From the NCBI GenBank assembly GCA_951828535.1, contig OX639990.1:109300-173299 (forward strand): a DNA stretch of 64,000 nucleotides, read 5' to 3'. Position 1 is the first letter of the stretch. Each line of letters opens with the position of its first letter. Positions 1 to 11,364 of this stretch are shown here, piece after piece. The notes below the pieces were generated by a model. The model had not been told where the DNA came from, did not search any database, and saw only the letters and a program-made list of their open reading frames with translations. The DNA is from an uncultured Candidatus Entotheonella sp. (GTDB taxonomy: Bacteria; Tectomicrobia; Entotheonellia; Entotheonellales; Entotheonellaceae). The translations under genes and the position numbers were made by a program.

Positions 1-16
1 GGGCGCCTGTGTTTGG

Positions 17-547
17 TTGGGCCTGATCGTGGCAACTGTTTTGGCGCTGCATCCCATACAGGCGAATGCCTCAGACGGCCTCGCCCCTCCTTGGGGTATG
101 CGGGCTCCGAGTAAATCCGTAACTCTCCCAGCCTTTGAGCTCCCCGATTCCGGGGGTGAGGTCGTTCGTGCCAGCGACCTACAAGGCAAGGTGGTGGTCG
201 TACGATTCTGGGCCACTTGGTGAGGGAACTGCCGACGCGAGATGCCCTCCGTGCAGAGGGTACACGAAGCCTTCCGGAAAGATGATGTCGCGATGATTGC
301 CGTTTCCATTGACCGCGGCGGTTTACCGACGGTGCGGTTCTTCCTTGCCGGGTATGCATACACCTTTCCCACGCTGGTGGATCAGAAGATGACGCTGGCT
401 CGCGCGCTTCGCGCCCGCGGCGTTCCGTATACGCTCGTCATCAACCGCGAGGGCAAGGTTGTTGCCCGGGCCTCCGGACCTTTCAATCTCGACAGCAGCT
501 CGTTCCGCCAGTACATTGCCGATCTGGCAGCGCAGCCGCGCAGCTAA
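17..547 (+). CDS. TlpA/ResA-family periplasmic thiol:disulfide oxidoreductase, candidate selenoprotein (UGNC active site, TGA 221-223 read as Sec)
   Basis: ORFs 17..223 and 242..547 share one frame and are separated only by TGA (221-223) plus 6 sense codons. The joined product reads ...VVVRFWATW[TGA]GNCRREMPSVQRVHEAF..., the TlpA/ResA 'FWATWCxxCrxEMP' active-site context. The N-terminus looks like a signal peptide (..ATVLALHPIQANA). The TTG start at 17 is uncertain. Confidence 0.7.
243..262 (+). promoter_or_regulatory. Candidate bacterial SECIS-like hairpin downstream of the in-frame UGA
   Basis: 7-bp stem UGCCCUC/GAGGGUA (one G-U pair) with a 6-nt loop CGUGCA, starting 20 nt 3' of the UGA. 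Shape and position fit a bSECIS but are not diagnostic. An alternative pairing exists (222-226 with 245-249). Confidence 0.3.
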
Positions 548-555
548 TGTGCGTT

Positions 556-1032
556 CACTGGACCAGGTCTGGTTCGGGGCCGTGGCCACCAGTTCGGGTT
601 TGGCGTACTGGGGATGCTCACGCTGATGGCGCCTCTCTCGGACCTGCTGGTTGGTGGCCAGGATCCGTGCATGGTGCGCTCCGAGCACAGGTAGCGGCCT
701 TCGTCGAGCAGTGTTGCCACCACCTCCGCAGCCGCACGGTCAACGAAGCGTGGACAGGCGAGCACATCGAGGACCTACTCGCGCTCGGCGTCACACAGCG
801 CCCGGGCGGGCGTTGAACGGGGCTGCTGCTGCCCGGGAGTTAACCTCTGACGACGGTAGAAAGTCGCCCGCGACACGCCCGGCACGATGCCGACCTGCTC
901 TGCCAACGATTGGGCCTCCATCAGGAGCGCGTTTCGTGTTCGATGCTCAATCCCAGCAGCCCGGATATTTTTCCCTAACTCCTTGGTCTTCGCCTCCTGG
1001 AAGGATCGCATAAAGGTCATGCCCGACCTCAA
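556..1032 (-). pseudogene. IS3-family (HTH + rve type) transposase remnant, frameshifted and 3'-truncated
   Basis: Minus-strand frames give an HTH block ..AEQVGIVPGVSRATFYRRQR.. (775..1032). After frame changes they give ..RFVDRAAAEVVATLLDEGRYLCSERTMH.. and ..RERRHQREHPQYAKPELVATAPNQTWS... This is the typical N-terminal half of IS3-type transposases. The DDE core is absent, and homology stops a few nt from the tlpA-like stop codon. Confidence 0.55.
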
Positions 1033-1221
1033 GGCGGTCTACCGGGCCGAGACGGCCGCGGCGGCCAGGCTCGACGAGTTCGAAGCCCGCTGGGGCCAGC
1101 GCTACCCGGCGGTGGTCCCAGCTTGGCGGCGCGCCGTTTCGCATCTGCACCGGCTCCAGCAACTCCCCCGGTTGGTTGCCGGCTTCTTTCACACTCCCAC
1201 CACGCTATATGCGAGCGTTTA
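1010..1221 (+). pseudogene. IS256/Mutator-family transposase C-terminal remnant
   Basis: ..MPDLKAVYRAETAAAARLDEFEARWGQRYPAVVPAWRR.. matches the conserved C-terminal block of IS256-type transposases (DLKaIY...A...L..F...W...YP). No N-terminal part is present. The remnant is interrupted by the IS inserted at 1222. Confidence 0.45.
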
Positions 1222-2035
1222 GGGCCTGTTAACACAAATGAGCATATCATGCTATGATTGACGAATGGAAATCACTGAAACTCAGTACCAACGCATCGCA
1301 CCCTACCTGCCGATACAACGCGGCAACGTCAGGGTGTCCAACCGGCATGTTCTGAACGCTATCCTGTACGTCGCTGAGCATGGTTGCAAATGGCGCGGCC
1401 TGCCCCAGTCCTTTGGCAATTGGCACACCATCTACACCCGCATGAATCGCTGGTCGAAAAACGGCGTGCTCGACCGCGTGTTCGAACACCTGCAGCGAGA
1501 GCAGATCGTGCGCCTTAAACTTGAGGTGCTCTCCATGGACAGCACCTCAGTCAAGGTGCATCCCGATGGCACGGGGGCGTTAAAAAAAACGGTCACCAAG
1601 CCATTGGCAAATCCCGCGGCGGCTGGACCACCAAGATTCATATGGTTGCCGCGGATTCTCGCACGGCGCTGACGTTTTCGTTGTCACCTGGGCAGGCGCA
1701 CGACGCCCCGCAAGGGCGTGACCTGCTGCGTGGTCTTGGTGCATGGCAGGAGTCCTGCTCCTTGGTCATGGACCGCGCCTATGAAGGCGACGAGACGCGG
1801 CAGTTGGCCTTGGACCTGGGTTTCACCCCGGTGGTACCGCCTCTGAGTACACGGGTGGAGCCGTGGGAATACGACCGAGAACTATACAAACGCCGCAACG
1901 AGATAGAGCGGTTGTTTCGTCGTCTGAAGGGTTTTCGTCGCATTTTCAGTCGCTACGAGAAGCTCGACGTGATCTTCCTGGGCTTTATCCTCTTCGCGCT
2001 CATCTTCGATGCGCTGCGATAGTGTGAACAGGCCC
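1222..2035 (+). mobile_element. Intact IS5-family (IS427-group-like) insertion sequence, 814 bp
   Basis: Terminal inverted repeats GGGCCTGTTAACAC (1222-1235) and GTGTGAACAGGCCC (2022-2035) match 13/14. They are flanked by a TA/TA direct duplication (1220-1221 and 2036-2037). Two overlapping transposase ORFs lie inside. Confidence 0.8.
1265..2022 (+). CDS. IS5/IS427-group DDE transposase, orfA-orfB fusion via -1 programmed frameshift
   Basis: orfA is 1265..1672 (..RHVLNAILYVAEHGCKWRGLP..WHTIYTRMNRWSKNGV..). orfB is 1642..2022 (..VMDRAYEGDETR..YKRRNEIERLFRRLKGFRRIFSRYEKL..). The slippery A8 run at 1582-1589 lies in the overlap. Reading -1 from it gives ..LKKNGHQAIGKSRGGWTTKIHMVAAD.., the canonical family junction. 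Confidence 0.8.
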
Positions 2036-2084
2036 TAGTCCGCCTCCCGTAAACACGGGGACGGTTCATTGACGTTCCTTCCAG

Positions 2085-3585
2085 TAACTGGAGAGCCTCT
2101 TGCAGAATTACGAAACGACTGGATTTATTGCAGATTGGAGTAGGATGACTTTGGCTGGGACAGGCCGACCCTCCTGAGTATCATGGTGTCCTCCACAGAC
2201 CTCATGACGAGGAGAGCGGCCATGCCCCTGCGCGAGACTCTATCGAACTATTGGTATGCCTTTCAACAAGAACTGTTCCCCAGACTCGAAATGGAGTTTG
2301 GCCCCCTGAGCGGGCGCTATGGACTCTTTGTTGCGGTCCTCGAGTTCGTGCGCCTCGAAATCCTTTTGCCGTCCATGTCCAGCTTGCCAGGCCGGCCACC
2401 GCAGGATCGCGCCGCACTGGCGCGCGCCTTCATTGCCAAGGCGGTCTTCGACATCCCGACAACGCGGGCCCTCATCGAACGTCTGCGGGTTGACCAGACA
2501 CTTCAGCGCCTGTGCGGCTTCAGCAGCGCCTGCCGACTTCCGAGCGAGGCCACGTTCTCACGCGGCTTTGCCGAATTCGCCGACAGCGCCCTGGTTAGCC
2601 GTCTGCACGAGGCGCTGGTTACGCGGACGATGAAGGGCCACTTGGTCGGGCATATCTCGCGCGATGCCACGGCAATCGCGGGCCGTGAAAAGCCGCTGCC
2701 GAAGGTGCCTGGCGCACGCCGAACGAAGCGCCAGCGAGGGCGCCCGCGAAAGGGTGAACAACGGCCCAAGGAACCCACCCGCCTGCAACGTCAGTTAGCC
2801 ATGACGCTGCCGCAAATGTTGGACGAGTTGCCAAAGCCGTGCGACGTCGGAGTGCGGACAAACGCCAAGGGCGCGTTTGAAAAGTGGGTCGGCTACAAGC
2901 TGCACGTCGACGCCGCCGATGGCGGCGTGCCGGTGAGTTGTATTTTGACCTCGGCGTCGCTGCATGACTCACAAGCAGCCATCCCATTGGCACGTCTGAC
3001 GGCTGGGCGGGTTAACAACCTCTACGACCTGATGGACGCAGCTTACGACGCTGAGGAGATACGGGCCTACAGTCGAAACCTCGGCCACGTGCCGATCATC
3101 GACTTCAACCCCCGGGGATCGGGCGGGCGAGGCGAAGCGATCAAGCGCGAAGCAACGGCACGCCGCGCTCTTGGCTATGTTTTTCCGGAACAGCGGCGCT
3201 ACCACGAACGCACGACCGTCGAGCGGGTGTATGCGCGGCTCAAGGAGGAGTTCGGCGGTCGTCATGTTCGGGTACGGGGGCACGCGAAGGTGCTATGCCA
3301 CCTCATGTTGGGCATCCTTGCGCTGGCGGTCAGCCAGCTGATGCACCTGCTGCCACCGCTCTGATGGAGCTTGTTCGCCCGACATCACTGCAACACCGCC
3401 CTCATGGAGGGCCGGGGACAACCTTGCCCACAGGTCGTAGAACCTGCTCCAACTGGACACCGAGGTAACTCTTGCAGCACGTTCCTTAAGCCTTCATGCC
3501 TATTGCGGCTCAAGGCGACGCTTCGTGCTTCCGTAGCCGAGCCTGCAGTTGCTCATGAATTTTGCAAGAGGCTCGTTCTATACAG
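2085..3585 (+). mobile_element. IS5-family insertion sequence (approximate ends)
   Basis: Inverted repeat GAGCCTCTTGCAGAATT (2093-2109) matches the reverse complement of AATTTTGCAAGAGGCTC (3559-3575) at 16/17 and brackets the transposase gene. The exact termini and target duplication were not resolved. Confidence 0.55.
2183..3364 (+). CDS. IS5-family DDE transposase (DUF772 N-terminal domain + DDE_Tnp_1)
   Basis: 393 aa. The N-terminal block is ..ALARAFIAKAVFDIPTTRALIERLRVDQTLQRLCGF..PSEATFSRGFAEF... The DDE region is ..GYKLHVDAADGG..YDLMDAAYDAEEIR... The C-terminal block is ..ERVYARLKEEFGGRHVRVRGHAKV... Confidence 0.8.
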   Translation: MVSSTDLMTRRAAMPLRETLSNYWYAFQQELFPRLEMEFGPLSGRYGLFVAVLEFVRLEILLPSMSSLPGRPPQDRAALARAFIAKAVFDIPTTRALIERLRVDQTLQRLCGFSSACRLPSEATFSRGFAEFADSALVSRLHEALVTRTMKGHLVGHISRDATAIAGREKPLPKVPGARRTKRQRGRPRKGEQRPKEPTRLQRQLAMTLPQMLDELPKPCDVGVRTNAKGAFEKWVGYKLHVDAADGGVPVSCILTSASLHDSQAAIPLARLTAGRVNNLYDLMDAAYDAEEIRAYSRNLGHVPIIDFNPRGSGGRGEAIKREATARRALGYVFPEQRRYHERTTVERVYARLKEEFGGRHVRVRGHAKVLCHLMLGILALAVSQLMHLLPPL

Positions 3586-3590
3586 ATTAA

Positions 3591-3642
3591 ACCGGGAACA
3601 TGGTTTACGTTGTGAGTCAACCGTGTAAACCATGTTCCCGGT
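3591..3642. repeat. Perfect 18-bp inverted repeat (long hairpin) just outside the IS5-family element
   Basis: ACCGGGAACATGGTTTAC (3591-3608) and GTAAACCATGTTCCCGGT (3625-3642) are exact reverse complements with a 16-nt spacer. The spacer itself contains GTTG/CAAC pairing. Confidence 0.7.
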
Positions 3643-3832
3643 CTCGTTTGTTCGATGTTCGGCTTGCACAGTGAGGGGAACCGCCCCTTGGCCGGGCGAC
3701 TACCCAAGCCCAATGGCCTATGTTATGGTAGGCGCCTTCGGTTTCGGCCATCCGCGCAAGGCTACCGGGCTTGAAAGCCCCGCAGGGGTGCAGGATGAGA
3801 CATACCAAATTCAGGAGGGGTAGGGATCAGCT

Positions 3833-6352
3833 ATGAGTACGACAAGCTTACTGTCGCCCGTCAAGCCATTGACCGCGGCGTACGACCGCGAGCGCTATGA
3901 TGACGTCGGTTTCATGACCTGCATGACCCTGGTGATGATGGGCAATTATGCTCAGACGGGGCATTTTGGCGGGCCGCTGGCCTACACGCCGTACAACGTC
4001 GCGCTGCACCTTGCCGGGCCGGATCTGGGCGGCCTGCGGTACGATTACCGCCGCCCCAAACACCCGTTCTGCGACAAGTTCATGCTCGCCGGCGGGCACA
4101 ACATCCCCACCTCCTACGCCTTGTGGATGATCATGGGCGAGGCGCTCAGCCGCAAGCACGCCGCTACCGGCGACACCCGCTACCGCGTGGACCCGCACGA
4201 CGCCATCCTGCCGATTGACGCCCTGGGCTTTCGGCGCGGCGCCGGCGCCCTGGCGACCCTCCTGAGGGACAATGACCTCGCCAATCACCCGCTCTTCGCG
4301 CAAGCCGGGCTGCGCGGCATTCGCGCCCTGGCCGGACACGCCGAAACCACCGACGTGACCAACGACGTCAACGGCGGCCCGTCCGGTATCGGCATCGCCA
4401 CCGCGGCGGGCAAGGCGGCTTTCTGGAACTTCATCGGCGCGCCGGATAGCCTGAAAATCCTGAGCATCGAGGGCGAGTTCGCCATGACCGAGGGACACGC
4501 CCAGGAGCTTAAAACCCAGGCCGTGGCGATGCAGGTCGGCAAGCGCCTGCGCGTCCTGCTGTCGCTGAACAACGCCGGCATCGACGACACCCTGATCGGC
4601 GGGGTCATCGACGCCAAATTCGACCGCTACGAAATCGAGGATCAATGGACCTCCTACGGCTGGAACGTCTTCGCGCTCGACGACGGTAACGACTACGACC
4701 AGGTTCTCGCCGCCCTGAAGACCATGGAGGACTGGGATGCCAGCGACCGGCGCCCCATGATCGTGCTCGGCAGAACGGTCAAGGGCTACTGGCCGGCGGC
4801 GGTGCAGGGCAAGATTCCCGGCTACGGCGATCAATTGGTCAGCTACGCCAGCCATCCCTACGCCATGAGGATGAACAGCGAGTACTTTGTCGCCCTCGCC
4901 GAGACGTTCGAGAAGTATTACGGGGTTGAATTCCAGGGCATCCGCGACGGTGCGGTCAGCGACACGCGGGAACGGCTGATCCAGTTTAAGACCAACATCG
5001 ACGTGGTGATGTCGGTGCTGGAGCGCAACGGGCTGGGGGACTGGCTGGCCGACCGCCTGGCGGACATCGGCGACACGGTGCACGACGACACCCCGACGCG
5101 CATCGACACGAAACGCGACCCCTTCCTCGACGACCGCCTGCAGGTCGGCAATCTGCCGGTCGAGCCGCAGACCGTCACGGTGCACAACCCGCTGTCCAAG
5201 GCCGACAAGGAAGTGGGCATCCAGCTGTTCCGTGAGGCGGGCGAGGTGGCCGGCACGCGGCGGGGGATTTCGGAGATCATCAAGTGGGTCAACTATGTGA
5301 CCGATAACCGTTTCATCACCCTCGCTGCTGACCTGTCGGAGTCGATCAACGTCGAGCACGGCAGCCTGTGGGGTCATTACCACGCCGACGACAACCCCTT
5401 GGGGACGCGCTTCAAGGCGCCGATCCAGGAGGCCGGCAACGCTTCGTCGGCGATCGGGCTGGTGAGCCAGAGCGCGAGTCTGGACCCGCAACAATTCGCC
5501 GGCCTGTGGGCGCTGAGCGGCACGTACGGCGCCTTCACGCCGCTGATGTACCTGCCGGCGCGGGTGTGGAGCCAGCAGAGCCAGGACAGCCGTTTCCGCA
5601 TGGGCGTGCTGCACATTCTGGCCGGCCATTCCGGGCCGGAGACGGCGGCGGACGCGCGCACCCACTTCGGCATCTTCGCGCCGCAGGTGTGGAAGCTGTT
5701 CCCGCGCGGCCAGGCCATCCATCTCAGCTTCTGGGACTACAACGACGTGGCACCTGGCTATTTTGCCGCTGCGGAAATCGCCGCCCGCGACCCGAAGGTC
5801 GGCGTCATTATCCTCGAAGTGGCGCGGCCCGATTTCCCCGTCGCCGACCGCAGCCAGTTTGCCGACACCGACCTCAAGGCTGCCGCTAAGGGCCTGTATG
5901 TCATCCGTGATTTCGCGCCGGGTCAGCCGCGGCACGGCTATGTGGTGGCGCAGGGGTCCAACTCCACCGTCAATCTTGTCAGAGTGATTCCGCGCCTGGA
6001 GGAGGCGGGCGTCAACGTCAAGATCATCGCGGCGGTGAGCGAAGACCTGTTCGACCGCCAGCCGGAGGCCTACCGCCGGTCGGTGCTGCCGCCCGAGGCG
6101 CGTTACGACCTCATGATGGTGAGCACCGGCACCCGGCGCATGTGGTCCGTCCGCGACGTCGGTCCGATGACCGATGCGTATTCGCTGACCTCCGATTGGG
6201 ATAATCAGTGGCTGACCGGCGGCACCGAGGCGGACGTCATCGCCGAGGCGCACCTGGATTCGGAGTCCATTTTTGCCGGTATCCAGCGCTTCGCCGCCGA
6301 GCGCGAGCAGCGTTTGAGCAGTCAGCGCGAATTGCTGGCGGCACTGGGCTGA
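3833..6352 (+). CDS. Large transketolase-like thiamine-diphosphate enzyme (839 aa), function unknown
   Basis: TK-like motifs are present: ..TGHFGGPLAYTPYNVALHL.., ..FMLAGGHNIPTSYALW.., ..GGPSGIGIATAAGKA.., and a ThDP/Mg motif variant IEGEFAMTEGHAQE-x20-LSLNNAGIDD. An AGGAGG RBS lies upstream of the ATG. The opposite-strand 874-aa ORF is a GC-shadow ORF. Confidence 0.7.
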   Translation: MSTTSLLSPVKPLTAAYDRERYDDVGFMTCMTLVMMGNYAQTGHFGGPLAYTPYNVALHLAGPDLGGLRYDYRRPKHPFCDKFMLAGGHNIPTSYALWMIMGEALSRKHAATGDTRYRVDPHDAILPIDALGFRRGAGALATLLRDNDLANHPLFAQAGLRGIRALAGHAETTDVTNDVNGGPSGIGIATAAGKAAFWNFIGAPDSLKILSIEGEFAMTEGHAQELKTQAVAMQVGKRLRVLLSLNNAGIDDTLIGGVIDAKFDRYEIEDQWTSYGWNVFALDDGNDYDQVLAALKTMEDWDASDRRPMIVLGRTVKGYWPAAVQGKIPGYGDQLVSYASHPYAMRMNSEYFVALAETFEKYYGVEFQGIRDGAVSDTRERLIQFKTNIDVVMSVLERNGLGDWLADRLADIGDTVHDDTPTRIDTKRDPFLDDRLQVGNLPVEPQTVTVHNPLSKADKEVGIQLFREAGEVAGTRRGISEIIKWVNYVTDNRFITLAADLSESINVEHGSLWGHYHADDNPLGTRFKAPIQEAGNASSAIGLVSQSASLDPQQFAGLWALSGTYGAFTPLMYLPARVWSQQSQDSRFRMGVLHILAGHSGPETAADARTHFGIFAPQVWKLFPRGQAIHLSFWDYNDVAPGYFAAAEIAARDPKVGVIILEVARPDFPVADRSQFADTDLKAAAKGLYVIRDFAPGQPRHGYVVAQGSNSTVNLVRVIPRLEEAGVNVKIIAAVSEDLFDRQPEAYRRSVLPPEARYDLMMVSTGTRRMWSVRDVGPMTDAYSLTSDWDNQWLTGGTEADVIAEAHLDSESIFAGIQRFAAEREQRLSSQRELLAALG

Positions 6353-6395
6353 GCAACGCCCCCGACCGTCGTAATGGCGCCCCTTGTGGGTGCCC

Positions 6396-6745
6396 ATTGT
6401 TCCATGCAGGCGGGAACCCCCCCAACCCCCTTCGTCAGGGGGCGGCCGCGGGGGAAACATGTAACCCCCCAACCCCCCTTGTCAGGGGGGCGGCCGTGGC
6501 GGGACACATTTCCGTCACCATGACATGGCCTGCAAGGCTTGCCTCCGGCTTAAATGGGGGCCATGGGGGATTCCGAAAACAGGCTGTTCAAAGCCCCCAA
6601 ATCGTCATTCCGGGCTTGACCCGGAATCCAGGGATCCCGGATCCAGCCGAATTGTCGGATGACGCTGCGCTAATCCGATCTACCCTCTCTCCTGGGCTGA
6701 GACCGGGCCGGTAGGAGCGGGTCTCAAGCCCGTCCGTCGATCCCG
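6396..6745. repeat. Cluster of short GC-rich hairpin (REP/MITE-like) repeats in the TK-like/uvrB intergenic region
   Basis: Two direct ~38-nt copies of CCCCCCAACCCCC(C)TT(C)GTCAGGGGG(G)CGGCCG(C/T)GG lie at about 6415-6453 and 6465-6503. An 8-bp hairpin ATTCCGGG-cttga-CCCGGAAT lies at 6607-6628. A further GC hairpin lies at about 6712-6735. Confidence 0.5.
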
Positions 6746-6774
6746 GCGTTCCCATCCGTTGCCCCGAGACCGCC

Positions 6775-8781
<2,007 letters not shown>

Positions 8782-8791
8782 GAGACGCCCC

Positions 8792-10639
<1,848 letters not shown>

Positions 10640-10672
10640 CGCCGCGTAATCCGATGTTGGATGAGCCCCGAA

Positions 10673-11332
10673 TCACGCTTCACGGCATGCCAGCCGCACC
10701 CACGCGGCGAACGTCGTGATAGCGAGTGCCTGGCCAAGTACCAGCATCCACCAGCGATAAGTCGTGGGAATCCATTCGCTCAGCAAGGCGCCGTTATCCG
10801 GCAGCCGCGGCAGCACGTCGAGCGTAAATGAGGCGATGATGATGAGACACGCGGCCATCTGGGCTGTCCAGACCCGCATCGCTGCCGTCGGCACGGCGCC
10901 GCGTTGTTCCAGATGCAGCAGCACCAGCCCCATGCCGATCATGGTGCAGGCGACGCTGACCGGGGCGATGACCGGCCCGACCCACGGCACCGGGATGAGG
11001 AAGAGCACGTCCCAGGTGAGCAGCGAGGCCGGCCAGTCGAGCACCACCTTGAGCCACACGTAGTAGAAGATGTCCCAGACGCCGAACGCGATGATGAAGT
11101 TGGCCAGTTTTCCCGCCTTGGTTCGCCCGGCGGCGAGGCCGTAAGCGGCCAGCATGACGAGGGTGGCGGCTTCGCGTTCGAGTTCCAATAGCAGGGTCGG
11201 CGTGTCGATGATGACCAGCGGAAAGCGGAAGCCCTCCGGGTAATACAGACGCCGCAGGTAAACGACGATCATGGTTTCGACGTGCGCCATTGCAATGGCA
11301 AACGCCGACACGGTAAGAACCGCTGGCCACAT
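10673..11332 (-). CDS. Integral membrane protein of unknown function
   Basis: 219 aa with several hydrophobic helices. No family recognised by eye. Confidence 0.55.
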   Translation of the reverse strand: MWPAVLTVSAFAIAMAHVETMIVVYLRRLYYPEGFRFPLVIIDTPTLLLELEREAATLVMLAAYGLAAGRTKAGKLANFIIAFGVWDIFYYVWLKVVLDWPASLLTWDVLFLIPVPWVGPVIAPVSVACTMIGMGLVLLHLEQRGAVPTAAMRVWTAQMAACLIIIASFTLDVLPRLPDNGALLSEWIPTTYRWWMLVLGQALAITTFAAWVRLACREA

Positions 11333-11364
11333 TGCCGGTCATCCTTCCTTCTTTGAGGTCTGTC

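Noticed and set aside
2038-2150. Continuation of the IS256-family remnant to the right of the IS5/IS427 insertion
   Set aside because: Only weak, frame-hopping resemblance was seen (for example ..ELRNDW..). It also conflicts with the better-supported 16/17 inverted repeat of the next IS at 2093-2109, so it is not annotated.
3848-6472. 874-aa ORF on the minus strand, longer than the plus-strand gene it overlaps
   Set aside because: It has Arg/Gly/Ala/Pro-rich, low-complexity composition with no recognisable motifs, typical of an antisense shadow ORF in high-GC DNA. The plus-strand frame carries clear transketolase motifs and an RBS.
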